A DNA stretch of 64,000 bases from Asterias rubens (Eukaryota), in NCBI RefSeq assembly GCF_902459465.1, contig NC_047064.1, forward strand, positions 18,972,001 through 19,036,000, in the 5' to 3' direction. Below are positions 12,362-25,200 of the stretch, piece by piece (positions within the stretch are counted from its first letter, which is position 1; every line of letters begins with the position of its first letter). Position numbers and translations under genes: made by a program. The notes beneath the pieces are model-generated. The model saw nothing but the letters and a program-made list of their open reading frames with translations, ran no database searches and was not told the DNA's origin.

Positions 12362-13150
12362 TTAACCATTCATGTTCGTAAGATGCTCACACTTCTCATA
12401 TTGTATGTGATACTCACAAAGCTATATAAGAATACAATTTTATTTGAAATTAAATGGCCAAATTAGGGTCTTAACAAACAACCTTAATAAGCCAGTAGTT
12501 CGAAAGGATCTAACTTACATGACCGACCTCGTGACGTATAAGCAAAGATAGGTCGTGCTGTACTTTGTGTGTAATTTGTATTTTGATAATGGCGTTTATT
12601 TGACGTAAATTGTCTTTCGATGTGTCAACACATGTACTCTTGACGGACATTAAATCCACCCCTAAAACTATGCAATTTCTAGAAATTAATCATTTAAATG
12701 CATCTTAATTTGATCGCTTGCATGCATTTTGACCCACTTCTCTTTCAACATCTCGGTCAAACGAAAGAGACTCTTTGGGGGGGAGGGGGGTTCAAGAAAC
12801 ACATCTGAAAGCCTGATGTATTATTCTACCGCAATAATAGCATGATATATTCCCCGCTCCATTAAACTTCATTCTCTGATCTAGAATTCATCTTATTGAT
12901 TTGCAAGATCTTCTTTCCTTTGACGTAGGGCACACACACATACGATGATCTCATTTTTTTAAGGAAAAGTTTGGTTGAGCAACACGATATCTTAAGACAC
13001 TGGGAAGCAAAACAGACGACCACTCAAGCCGGCGCCTCACCATCGCCATCCCCCGCTTTCGTGTAGTTACGGAACCGGTTTTCTCAAACATAATATTGCA
13101 CAATATTTTTATCAAAATCCAAAGACGTGGCAGTGCTAATTTTTGTTTGA

Positions 13151-13165
13151 CCACTAGATGGCGCT
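13151..13165 (+). promoter_or_regulatory. CTCF-type motif
   Basis: CCACTAGATGGCGCT is a 15/15 match to CCASYAGRKGGCRSY. Confidence 0.5.
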
Positions 13166-14938
13166 AGCAACCAGACATTCAACAATAATGTTCTTTTGCA
13201 GAGCAAGAAAAAAAGCTAAATATGTGAATTTGAATATCATTAAGCCTGTTTTTTTTTTTCTTTCTTTTTTTTCTGTATTTTAAATTGTTTACAAGTGTTC
13301 ATTCTCCTTTATTGTATTTCTATTTCCGTTGTTAAGAATTTGAAATGTTATGTTAATTAGTAATGGGAGTTCGAGACTGGATGCACATTCGATGAGGCCT
13401 CCCGAGAAAGTGGGCCTTTAGTGCACAATTCATACAGCCATAACAAATTGAGGAAAAAAATAAACCCAGAAACTTACATCGTGATGAGAGAGATGTCGAT
13501 ATTACAACGCATTGTTAGCAAAAAATAAAGAAATGTTTAGTTTTGGAGAAATAAATGGAGCTTCATTTCATTTTCACCCACAGTTGAATCTGAGAAAAAG
13601 CCTCAGAAAATGAAAGCACCTCAAAACACACAATTGTCAACTCTTGCAACAAAGGTGTTTTTCTGTCATTGTTTTCTTGCAACTTCGATAAACACGTGAA
13701 CTCAATACTTGTCACAATGCTGTTATGTTATGCTCAAGTTAGGTTACACCAAGGGAGGACACTTTTGGACAATTGTTATCACAAGTTTACCCTGCCTTTT
13801 ATATAAAACTCGAATACATTTTTAGGAAGACGTGTTCGATTACACAAAGGCCTATACATTTCCTCAAGTTGTCTCATGAGACCATTTTAATGGTACTTCC
13901 TTTGAAAAAAACTTATAGTCCATTTCCAATTAGGGAACGACAAGTTACCCCGCCCTGGGGATGGTGATTGTTAGATGTGATTGGATGTGAGTCGTGATTC
14001 TTTGCCACATCTCACGTTCCGATCGAAAATAAAAAATGAAAAGCTAATTCACAAACAGTACACTCTCCTCCCCGCCAGACGAGACAGCGTCTTAGATTTC
14101 CTCGAGTTTTGTCCCTTTCCCTTTGCAGCCGATTGTTGGCACCCTATCCCCTTAACTGACGTTGCCATGGGTACGGGGTGAAAACACAACACACAATTTC
14201 CAGGCGATCGATTTGGCTGGATGGGGGATGTTTGATCGAAAATAAAGTGTGCTGTATGACGCGTAAAATTGTATCGACTTGGTCCCTATTATACATTATT
14301 ACAGCTCACAACAAGCACTGACGTAAAATCCATTTTCAGAGGACACGCTTTTGTTCAATGTATAGATTGATGCGGGGGTAGAAGGTCAGATATCTGATAA
14401 CTCCATATTGGAACATTGTCTGGAGTAAGAGTAGTAAACAATCTAAATAGCGTGTGCATTTCACTGTACTTTCGTGGAGGGCACCAGACTAGAGGCCACA
14501 CCTCTCCATGTCTATCAACATTTAGGGATCAACAATTCGGTTCTGGACGTAACAGCTCGAACACTGGATTGAGAAGGCATTTTCTTCAAAGATGAGACGC
14601 CGGTTACTATAAAACCCTTATTTACATTGACCGGGTTTTAACAAAAAAGGTGAGGGGAGAATTGTTCTGTTAAAGGCAAAGTTTATCTTTGGTTTGTTTT
14701 AACCGTTCGCTTGTGAATTATTTTCTTTTCAAAAGCTCACGTCTGTTATATATCACCGGAAATCCGGAGAGATTAATGTCCACGCAGAAAGAATAATCCC
14801 TAACAAGAATACACGATTTGAAAAGCGACTGACAGTAAAATGCTTCCCAGATTAAAAATGAAATCTTTCTGTATTTAAATGCTCTATAGTTGCTGTAAGT
14901 CGTCTTACCAAAATCTTTTCCATTGCCATTAGTTTTAA

Positions 14939-15280
14939 AGGGAATGTACACGTTTGGTAATTACTCAAAACAAATTTTAATTTAAAAACTGACTTGGTAA
15001 CAAGCATTGGAGAGCTACTGATAGTGTAAAACATTGTGGGGAACGACTCTCTCTGAAGTAACGTAGTTTTGAGAAAGAGGTAATCAAGCTAGAAGTCTTT
15101 TATTCCTATCTGAAAACACACAAATTCGTCCATCAAGGGTGTGTTTTCTTTCATTATTTTCTCGCAACTTCGATGACCAATTGAGCCAAAATTTTCACAG
15201 GCTTGTTATTGTATGCTTATGATGGGATACACCGAGTGAGAAGACTGGTCTGTGACAATTACCGAACGTGTACAGTGCCT
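14939..15280. mobile_element. MITE family B
   Basis: TTAA-AGGGAATGTACACG at the left end and GTGTACAGTGCC-TTAA at the right end. Confidence 0.8.
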
Positions 15281-15630
15281 TAAAGAGTGATAACCGATCG
15301 TAAAATTACCTTCATAATGTTTGGTATTCTGCATAGCACACCTATGATCATTAAGATGGTGACTTGTTATTATGTTTAATAATTTAACACAGAATACTTT
15401 TCCAACATAGCCTAAATATGATGCTTTATAACCACGGGCTCATTAGTGAAATTAACGTGACGATGTGTTAGTCACGTATGCATTCGTTAATTTAAATATG
15501 TATGATGTGTCATTGCCTAAAAGGGTATAGTATACTTTCGGCAATGACTTTGACAATTATTGGCAATACAAACTTACTAGGTTATAGAAGTACATCAGCT
15601 TTGAATAGTATAGTATAATGCATGTTGAGA

Positions 15631-15868
15631 AACATTTCATTGTTATGGAAAAAAAATCATTTCAAAGTTGAATATAAGGATCGTAGCCGTAGTTGTAGCC
15701 GCTTATCCGGACACGACCTCATGTCCTGGTTAGCCGTCTCACTCATTATCAACATTTCATCGTTATGGAAAAAATGTCATTTCAAAGTTGAATATAGGAA
15801 TCGTAGCCGTAGCTGTAGCCTATTATTAGCCGTAGCTGTAGCCGCTAATTCACTCATCATCAACATTC
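15631..15868. repeat. Two ~120-bp tandem units with CGTAGCCGTAGCTGTAGCC motifs
   Basis: Units start at 15631 and 15751, and a third begins at 15862. Confidence 0.8.
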
Positions 15869-16010
15869 AAGTGTACTATCATAAACAAACCAGCAAGGTT
15901 CATCTACCATCAAGGGGCATTACGAGCAAATTCTTCACGAATATTAGTTCCTCCCCTGAGTCGCTGCCTCCCTCAGCTTGCTCATTAGGGCTTGCGTTAT
16001 TTGCATCCCT

Positions 16011-16934
16011 GTGATGACGTTCACCCCGGCCCACATTTATGTTTAGTTCACGCCCACTGGTCATGGTGATTATGTATACCCAGATTCTCCACCATATGTT
16101 ATGGACGGTTTGGCCTCCTGAGCCATCCCGCCCAAGGGATCGAACTTATCAATTAAACACAACTTAAAAATTCTTCTTGAAAACGTAGACCCACAACAGG
16201 GTATTTTGTTTAAACACAACTCAAATGAAATACTAGAAAGTATACTTGATGAATAATATACGAATAATGCACCGTCGTCTCGGTGGCGCACCTGAAGGAT
16301 ACAGACCACGAGTCGACGTTGGGTGTGCCTTAAATACGTAACTATTACATAACATCCACCATGGGGGCATGTTAACCTTCATGGAAAAGCCAGGTGCACA
16401 TAATCACCATGACCAGTGGGCGTGAACTAAACATAAATGTGGGCCGGGGTGAACGTCATCACGACTATGTGATGACGTTCACCCCGGCTCACATTTATGT
16501 TTAGTTCACGCCCACTGGTCATGGTGATTATGTACACCTGGCTTTTCTGGGTCAGTTGCAACACCGTCTTCACTAATTATGTGCCCAAGGTAGTGTATTC
16601 TATCACATGCAAATGAACATTCATTTGCTTTAAGACCTTGTCGATATTTGACTGATCAACATTTATCGCCATAATCTTGAATCTAAATACCATCTAATGA
16701 TATTGCGAATTGCTGTTGACTAAAAGTTATTGACTGTACTGAAGTGAACAATAATTTAGTGAACAGAATGTGTTTGTAAAATAAACTGAAGATTATTAGT
16801 GTTTGAGCTATTCATTGGAAAGATGTTTTACTTTCCAAATCGTTTTCAAGAAGAAGAACGTTTAAGTTGTGTTTAATTGATAAGTTCGATCCCTTGGGCG
16901 GGATGGCTCAGGAGGCCAAACCGTCCATAACATA
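16011..16934. repeat. Nested inverted-repeat cluster including a 79-bp-arm near-perfect palindrome
   Basis: Arms at 16384-16462 and 16469-16547 (2 mismatches, 6-nt loop); a third arm copy at 16011-16080; a separate ~90-bp IR at 16096-16185/16841-16934. Confidence 0.88.
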
Positions 16935-16996
16935 ATGTGGTAATGGAGGTTGGACCAGCTGGGGTATTGGTTTGTTTTGTTTGGGAAATTCACATG

Positions 16997-17245
16997 GCTT
17001 GTATATCATACCTAGTTTACTGGACCTGAAATGTTTTCGCAAGTCCGGAATGAAAAATAGAACACGGGAACAATGTTTCTGATGATGCAGAGTTTAAAAC
17101 TGTGCCATACTGTTGATGGTAAAGTGGGTAACGGACTTGGGGAAGTCCACAAGGCTTGTACTGGCTTTAAAATTTTGGACCTGAAATGTGTATTGCAAGT
17201 CCGAAATGAAAAATAAAACACGGAGCCAATGCTCTGTGATGCGCT
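16997..17245. repeat. Two diverged ~155-bp tandem units
   Basis: TGGACCTGAAATG..GCAAGTCCG(G/A)AATGAAAAATA(G/A)AACACGG occurs twice. Confidence 0.65.
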
Positions 17246-17391
17246 GTTTCATGTTTCACATTTGAAAAAGCACCCGAAATAATGTATCTCTTTCTGTTTC
17301 TCAGGTATTGTAAAGTAGGTACCCGAAAACGATACTGCCGTTGTCCCGGGAAAATCTGTCCGTCTGACTTTCGGTTCCCTTATGTGATTAT

Positions 17392-17548
17392 GGGTGCGTT
17401 CGTTTAGCTTCCCTGGGTAAACCCCGGTGTGTGGCGGTTTTTTTTTTCCCAGGACAACCGTGGGTAATTATCTGCACACGTTCGTCCTGGAAAAAGAAAA
17501 AACCGCCACACACCGGGGTCGACCCGGGGAAGCTAAACGAACGCACCC
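17392..17548. mobile_element. Palindromic MITE GGGTGCGTTCG...CGAACGCACCC (Harbinger/Tourist-like termini)
   Basis: About 60-bp inverted arms; a second copy in the opposite orientation lies at 49789-49940. Confidence 0.82.
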
Positions 17549-18229
17549 AATATTGGCTGGAGGAGGAGGATTAAAAAGTGGGCGCTGCCAGAGGTAGTAA
17601 AAGTGTACACCGTTCGCCATTATGGATAGACTTGATTCATGTCTTAGATCGCGGTTATTCTTCTGCATCTCAGCCACGAAAAACGCCTCCGTATTATTAG
17701 CTATCACGCGCCCTAACTCGCAATAATTTTATTATTTGATCGGAGGCTAAATGACGAAGGTTGATCACAAGAAGGCGCTGTTTGTAGCGGCCAGGGCGAC
17801 TTTAAAGCCACGATCAAAGACTTGGAACCAAATCTACATTAGGGGGGGGGGGGCGACAGAATCTCCGGGGACTGACTGGCCTTGATGCTGTTGAGTATGG
17901 CCTCAGGCCAGCGATGCAGTGCACATTTTAAGAGTTGCGAGTCAATGTCCATTACCTATCAACCCCGTTTCTCCTCTTTTGGTTATCTCGGATCTTGCCG
18001 GGCCGATGGCTTGATGTCGCGGCCCGTACTACTGTACGGGAACTTGCCAAAAACTCTCGGCTGAGATTATTTGGTGTAAAAATTAATTCTCCGGTTTATC
18101 TTGTTTTACAATAATTTCTTTTAATTTTCCGTTTGCATTCTTACATGTTTACGCCCAGCTTAAAACTTTCATATCGTTAGTTTTAGTAATGTGATTTGTA
18201 TGTTTATTTGTTCTTAACAATGTAATTAA

Positions 18230-18614
18230 AGACACTGGACACTATTGGTAAATGTAAATCTAGTTTTCAAAGTTGGTGTATCTCAACATATGCATAAAAT
18301 AACAAACCTGTGAAAATTTGAGCTCAAGTCGGTCGTCGAAGTTGTGAGATTTAACCGAAAGAAAAAAAACCTTGTCGCACCATAGTCACACGAGTTGTGT
18401 GCTTTCAGATGCTTGATTTCGAGACCTCAGTTCTAAATCTGGGGTCTCGAAATCAGATTCGTAGAAAATTACTTATTTCTCGAAAACTACCTCTCTTCAG
18501 AGGGAGCTGTTTCTCACAACGTTTTATAATATCAACCTCTCCCCATTACTCGTAATCAAGAAAGATTGTATGATAATAATTATTTTGAGTAATTACCAAT
18601 ATTGTCCACTGCCT
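18230..18614. mobile_element. MITE family A, full length
   Basis: TTAA flanks 18226-18229 and 18615-18618; family TIRs. Confidence 0.9.
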
Positions 18615-18935
18615 TTAAACAGGGCCCAAATGGAAATCAGTTATTGTTTTTACTGATTTGGCTCTGAGGGAAAAAAATATAAATAAATAAATAATCAAGC
18701 AACAATTATTATTGGTCACTCCAAGATACATGAAGAAGGACTTAACCCTAGACATGTTAACAGCACAAAATGACGCGGTTATATCTTACAAATCACTAAG
18801 CAAGACAGTCCTTTTAGACCCCTTTCCCAAATCTCACAGTTAGTAGTCACTAATTGCAAGATGAGGTCTGACGCACGCATTATAAAGCCCTCCCATCAGC
18901 AACATGTGACATTATTGACAAATACAATCAGAGAA

Positions 18936-19536
18936 GTCATGCCTTTGGTTGCGAATTGAGAATGCAAATAACATCAATGCCTTCCGGTCCACATAGAAAA
19001 AAAGGCAAACAAATCGAAGTCGTATCACTCCTCATAGACTTCCCAAACGTCGTCCGTCTGCTGAACAGAAAACTTAAACCCCTCTCCCCGATTTTGAAAT
19101 TGATTCACTCTGTTTGGTGCTTGAGTATAGTTGAGGTTTGAAATGGTCCTTGTGTGTGAACAGATCTTGGGGTTCTGAGACGGCATTAATTGATTCATGT
19201 TGTTACTCGGCGTTTAGGAATTAAAATTGGAAAAGGGAAACGGGAAAGAGAGGTCTTGCCTTTGGTTGCGGATAGAGAATGCAGATACATCAAGGCCTTC
19301 CGGTCCACATAGAAAAGAGGCAAACAAATCGAAGACTTTCCAAACCCTCCGTCTGAAAGCGGAGCATTAAAACCTCTCTCCCGGTTTTATTTGTAATTCG
19401 GGTTTACTCTTGGTGCTTGAGTATAGTTTAAGTACCCATGGGGCTTGTGTGGGCAGATCTTAGGGTGAACTAAGACTGCATTTTGTTTGATGGGGTAGGC
19501 CTACTCGCTGGTAAGAATATTGGAACGGGGAAACGA
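18936..19536. repeat. Old diverged ~317-bp tandem duplication
   Basis: GCCTTTGGTTGCG..CCTTCCGGTCCACATAGAAAA..TTGGTGCTTGAGTATAGTT..CAGATCTT occurs at 18936-19242 and 19253-19536. Confidence 0.75.
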
Positions 19537-21389
19537 CTTGACAAATCTAAGACAACGCTAGGAGGAATCAAGATGTGAGCCAAGAAGTCGAATGTCATCA
19601 TCACTGATTCTAAATAGATACACACTTTACCTCTAAGCCATTCAAGGCGAAAGAGAATATTATTATCTCCTGAAAGATAGTAAGGCCAAATAAAAATAAC
19701 AAAAAAACATGTTTAGCGTCTCTGCATAATATTTCCTTTTAAGAGGCCGCTTCGTTTTTCTTTGCTTTTTTGTGACAATTGTTTACGAACAAAAACATGA
19801 TAATACGAAAAATGTTTATATTATATAGTTTGAAAAATAGTAGCCCAGCCGTTTGTATTGAAAAATGTGACGGCGGCCATTTTTGGAAGAAAAAAAAGTA
19901 CAAAAAACTTCTTCTTCCTTTTCGGGAACTAGAGGGGACGCTAAACATTTTTTGGTTTTTCTTAACCACTCTCGGTAGATGGAGAGTGTGTTGAGTTATT
20001 GCAAGTAGGACATGCCACAAGCAAAGATGTGAGAAGAGACGACTTTTGGTTTTAATGAGACACTTTTATCCTACGAAGATGTGTTGCCTTTTATGGACTC
20101 CATCATTGAGCAGTCCTTGAGTGTCTCCGAAGGGCGCGATACCGTCACGAGAGGAAATCTTCCGTCACTGGTAAGATGAATGACAGGACACAGTTTTTCA
20201 ACCCCCAAAAAGTAGGCCCTACGACGTCACTGATGACACGTCGCATTAAAACAACTTACTTCGATACTTGAGATGGTTGGATCGAGGAGGATGACTTGAA
20301 GAACGCAAACAAGGGAAAGCCATGATGAACGAGAAGTAGGCCCTATTATACGTAGTGTCTATAGGCGCAATTCATTCGGTTTTTAGACGCTGAAGATAAA
20401 GACAGATTAACCCATGGGGCTTGTGTGGGCAGATCTTAGGGTGTGCTAATACTGCATTTTGTTTGATGGGGTAGGCCTACTCGCTGGTAAGAATATTGGA
20501 ACGGGGAAACGACTTGACAAATCTAAGACAACGCTAGGAGGAATCAAGATGTGAGCCAAGAAGTCGAATGTCATCATCACTGATTCTAAATAGATACACA
20601 CTTTACCTCTAAGCCATTCAAGGCGAAAGAGAATATTATTATCTCCTGAAAGATAGTAAGGCCAAATAAAAATAACAAAATAACATGTTTAGCGTCTCTG
20701 CATATTTCCTTTTTAGAGGCCGCTTCGTTTTGTCTTTGCTTTTTTGTGACAATATTGTTTACGAACAAAAACATGATAATACGAAAAATATTTATATTAT
20801 AGTTTGAAAAATAGTACCCCAGCCGTTTGTATTGAAAAATGTGACGGCGGCCATTTTTGGAAGAACAAAAAGGACAAAAAAACTTCTTCTTCGTTTTCGG
20901 GAATTAGAGGGGACGCTAAACATTTTTTTGGTTTTTCTTAACCACTCTCGGTAGATGGAGAGTGTGTTGAGTTATTGCAAGTAGGACATGCCACAAGCAA
21001 AGATGTGAGAAGAGACGACTTTTGGTTTTAATGAGGAGACACTTTTCTCCTACGAAGATGTGTTGCCTTTTATGGACTCCATCATTGAGCAGTCCTTGAG
21101 TGTCTCCAAAGGGCGCGATACCGTCACGAGAGGAAATCTTCCGTCACTGGTAAGATGAATGACAGGACACAGTTTTTCAACCCAAAAAAAGTAGGCCCTA
21201 CGACGTCACTGATGACACGTCGCATTAAAACAACTTACTTCGATACTTGAGATGGTTGGATCGAGGAGGATGACTTGAAGAACGCAAACAAGGGAAAGCC
21301 ATGATGAACGAGAAGTAGGCCCTATTATACGCAGTGTCTATATGCGCAACTCATTCGGTTTTTAGACGCTGAAGATAAAGACAGATTAA
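19435..21389. repeat. Recent ~977-bp tandem duplication
   Basis: 19435-20410 versus 20411-21389, with roughly 25-30 differences by eye (~97% identity). Each unit contains a ~240-bp MITE with TIR ATGTTTAGCGTC (first copy 19709-19948). Confidence 0.92.
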
Positions 21390-21828
21390 ACCGGCACGGC
21401 AACAGAGTGGACAAAGCTGAACTAGTTCACTGTAAACACTTACAAAAAATACGAACTAGAGCCTCCTAGAGGACCCCCCCCCCCCTCCCAGAATACTTTA
21501 GTTAGCCACAGGACTCCTTGAGGAGAACAAATCAGAGCAGTAACTGACTATTCACTGAAATCTCTGAACTCTTATAAAATAGGCCCACCCCATGTCTTCA
21601 ACCAGTCTCCTGACGATGTCCTGAGTAATACGTTGAGTCTAGACCTACATAAAGAACGCAATGGTAAATAGTGAAGTTTACCGATCCACTTTAAAGCTAT
21701 ACCCCCGGCCGATTTTTTACAAAAGTTTCACCCAGGTGTTACAAAGCATGAGAGTACTGTCACTTTTCAAAACTTGGAAGTCCCCGAAATTCCGAAAAGC
21801 TACTCATGTGCGGTATAATAATGACAGT

Positions 21829-21865
<37 letters not shown>

Positions 21866-22257
21866 ACGATCTAGAAAGTAGCATAGTACTAATATACACG
21901 TACTTGGTGATACCGCAAACCGACCTCACCATCCAATGCCTCAATCTTGGCTTAAATAAAGCCTATCCTTTGAATCTATGGGGGATTACAGGTTTTTTTT
22001 AAGCATGAATATAATACCGAGACATAACTAATTACTTAATACATTATCTCCAAATATTCTCAGGTTTCCGTACTATTTTGTGTTGTCTCGTCATTAAATT
22101 TACAAAGTTGACACCTTACTTTGAGAGCAGCGACCGCCAGTGTGGTGGTGCGCCCTCTGTTGACAATGTACATTTTATAACTACAGAGGGCGACATTTTA
22201 AAATGGCGGCCCCCATGGTTGACAAACAAAAACACTGAAGATTGAGACAATACAAAA

Positions 22258-25200
22258 ATGCAACATTCGGCCTATTTGGGTAAATATATAACTGATCAAT
22301 TATCCAAACCAACTGTTCTGAAAGGAACGCTGGAGAAATGGCCATCACGAAAATGGACCCCTGATCATTTAGCGTCTATTTTGAAGCAGAAAGTCAAAAT
22401 ACGAATCGGTCCAATCTCGGCCCAAAGTTTAAAATGTGAGTTTAAATTTCCAAATTTTATTTATACCTCAAGAAAGATCGGAGCATGGAGGTAGAACTCC
22501 ATGAACTCCATAAGTTTATGTAGTTATTTGAGGACAGAGCAAAGACGGGCATAGTATTCTTCATACTTCATTACAAATTACAATTTAGTCTATTTGGTTG
22601 GTGTTTTCCGATTCAACGATTCGTTTGCCCTGCATATTAATGGCCTTGGTGTTTACTGTTAGTGTTACTTCAACTAAGTCCCATGATGGGATATCACGCC
22701 TTTGTGGTATAATCTGGAACAATCTGCAAACTTGTTATGTTAGGGTCTATATATTGGGGCTTATTTGTTTATATATAGCCTGAAAGTGAAATGTCTTCAG
22801 TATACACATGACCGTGACGTAAACATAGATTGTAGGTCATCTTGGGTCGGTTTCACCATGGAGGTAGTTCTACCTCCATGGTTTCACAAAGAGTTGGGAC
22901 TAGTCCTAACTTAGGACTAAACTAACTTAGGACTAATTGAGTACTAGTCCTAGAATTTTTAGAAGATATTATAAACTTATAAAGGCTAGTCCTAAGTTAG
23001 GACAGATAATCATCCTTCATCCTAACTCGAGATGAGACTGGTCTTGAGTTTGACTCTTTGTGAAATCCACCCCAGATCTTGTCCTCTACAAAATTGGTAC
23101 ATCCTTTTTTTTCTTCTCAAGGACAAAATGTAATTATAAATGCTTGCTTAGAGACTAAGGAGAGTACCCTGGCCTTACTTTACTTAACTACTGACTCAGT
23201 TCGGGGCACTGTTCTCCTTTCAAAAAAAGGGTACAGCGCCTCTGTTTCCTGTGTCTACCTTTTTAGTTAACCATTTTAGTTTTCCTACATGTATGAATCA
23301 AAGTTACAATTTTACATTTGTACTGGAACAATTCAAAGGCCACCAGCCAGGGGCGTGGGGATGGCAGTTGACTTGTTTGCTTCAGTGAAGTGAAGTATCT
23401 TTAAAGGCAGTGGACACTAGTGGTATTCTCAAAATAATTATTAGCATAAAACCTTTCTTGGTGACGAGTAATGGGGGGAGGTTGATGGTATAACAAATTG
23501 TGAGAAACAGCTCCCTCTGAAGTGCCATAGTTTCCGAGAAAGTTCTAAGTAATTTTCCACGAATTTGATTTAGAGACCTCAGATTTAGAACTTGAGGTCT
23601 TGAAATCAACCATCTAAACGCACACAACTTCGTGTGACAAGGTTGTTTTTTTTTTTCATTATTATCTCGCAAGTTCGATGACCGATTGAGTTCAAATTTT
23701 CACAGGTTTTGTTATTTCATGCATATGTTGAGATACTTTAACTGTGAAGGCTAGTCTTTGACAATTACCAATAGTGTCCACTGCCTTTAACCGATTAAAA
23801 AAAACAAGGGACTCACCTTTGTGTCATTTCATTCCATTCAGGCTCCGTGCTGTGGGAGACTGAGTGTACATTCGAGGAGGCAACCTTGGATCAATTTTGC
23901 GAGTGGCTTGACAGTGACTCATCAACAACTGGCCATCTGAACTCATCTGGAAATCCACTCCTGAAATACAACAGAGAAGAACACTGGTGTTATGTGGACT
24001 ACAAGGAGATGGAAGTCCTGTTCAAAGATCATCCAGATATTCTGAAGGTGAAAGGTTGACCACCAACTAGAACAGTAACTTGAGCTCTGTAATGTACTAA
24101 ACAGAATTATTTTGACATTTGCATTTCTAGGTTGAAAATGCAAATGTCAAAATGTTTGTTTAAATGAGTAGAGACCTAGTTACTGCATTTAGCCCAGAAC
24201 TTATTTCCAAATGTTTTGACTTTTTTAGAAAAACAAATGATTTATACTGGCACTGTTTTAATATAAACATTTCCATGAAATCCGCATAACATAAAGCCTG
24301 ACAAACAAAAAAGTGTTGTTTCCTGTAAAACACTGGGAAAAATGTTTGGTATATAGGGGGAGAGTACCGTTTTAGGAGAAATGAAGTGAAAAGTATTGGA
24401 TATAGGAATATGAAGGGATTTCATACAATTGAATGTATTATCATATTTTATACACCCTTTTTACAGGAGGCACAGTCAGTCAAAAAACTTGTCTGCATGT
24501 TTTTGATAGTTTTGATGTTGATGATTTCATTGATTTCTTGTGAAAAATAGAGGAGATGATCCCGATTTTGTTTTGTTTTTCGTTCAACCTTTTGAGTAAA
24601 ATTAGAACTTCTTATGGGGCAAAGTTACCAGAAAATAAGTTGTGTCTATAGACGATGTGACCTCTGACGTCACACAAAAACCATAACATGATTCGTGCGC
24701 GTTCCGCCAGGCAAAACCTTTGTGTTTTGGCAGCCAGCTAAAAAGTGTTTGCAATCTTACTATGACTACGCAACTCTTTGCCCGGCGAAACATGACAAAT
24801 ATAGTGTTTTGTCAACAGAGGGCGATTAAAATGTAAACATAGGTCACATCGTCTATAAAGTATTCCCTCAGCAGTATAATGATTTGTTGACTTTTGCAGG
24901 CAGTACAGTGGAAGGACTTTGGGTTCCCCAACAGGGATGGCAGACAGAGTACAATATGGATTGGCAGTGAACGAGCATTTACACCTGGCCATTACGATAC
25001 CTATGGGTTCAACCTAGTGGCGCAAATATATGGCAGGTACATATAGGAATTACTAGATCCAATCTTTGCTTTTAACCTCTCTGTCTGACCACAAGGTTTT
25101 AGCAAGGATTTGGGTGTCCAATTTCGCTTGAAATCTAAAAACTGTGTCCGAATTTGTCACTTGCAATGCCAAGACAAAACAGGGTGTCCAAATTTAAAAC

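Noticed and set aside
15622-16014. 130-aa ORF with an internal repeat
   Set aside because: It is the translation of the 120-bp tandem repeat.
16285-16329. GGCGCAC-CTGAAGG...GACGTT-GGGTGTGCC, hammerhead-like with a good outer stem
   Set aside because: A9 and the GAAA box are missing. It may be a decayed copy but is not supportable as a ribozyme.
17560-18065. Relatively GC-rich, coding-looking sequence upstream of the duplications
   Set aside because: All frames are interrupted and I recognise no protein family, so it cannot be called a pseudogene.
21604-21640. CTC-CTGACGA...ACGTT-GAG, hammerhead-like
   Set aside because: Stem II and GAAA are deleted. It is probably a relic of the same element class but is too degraded to count.
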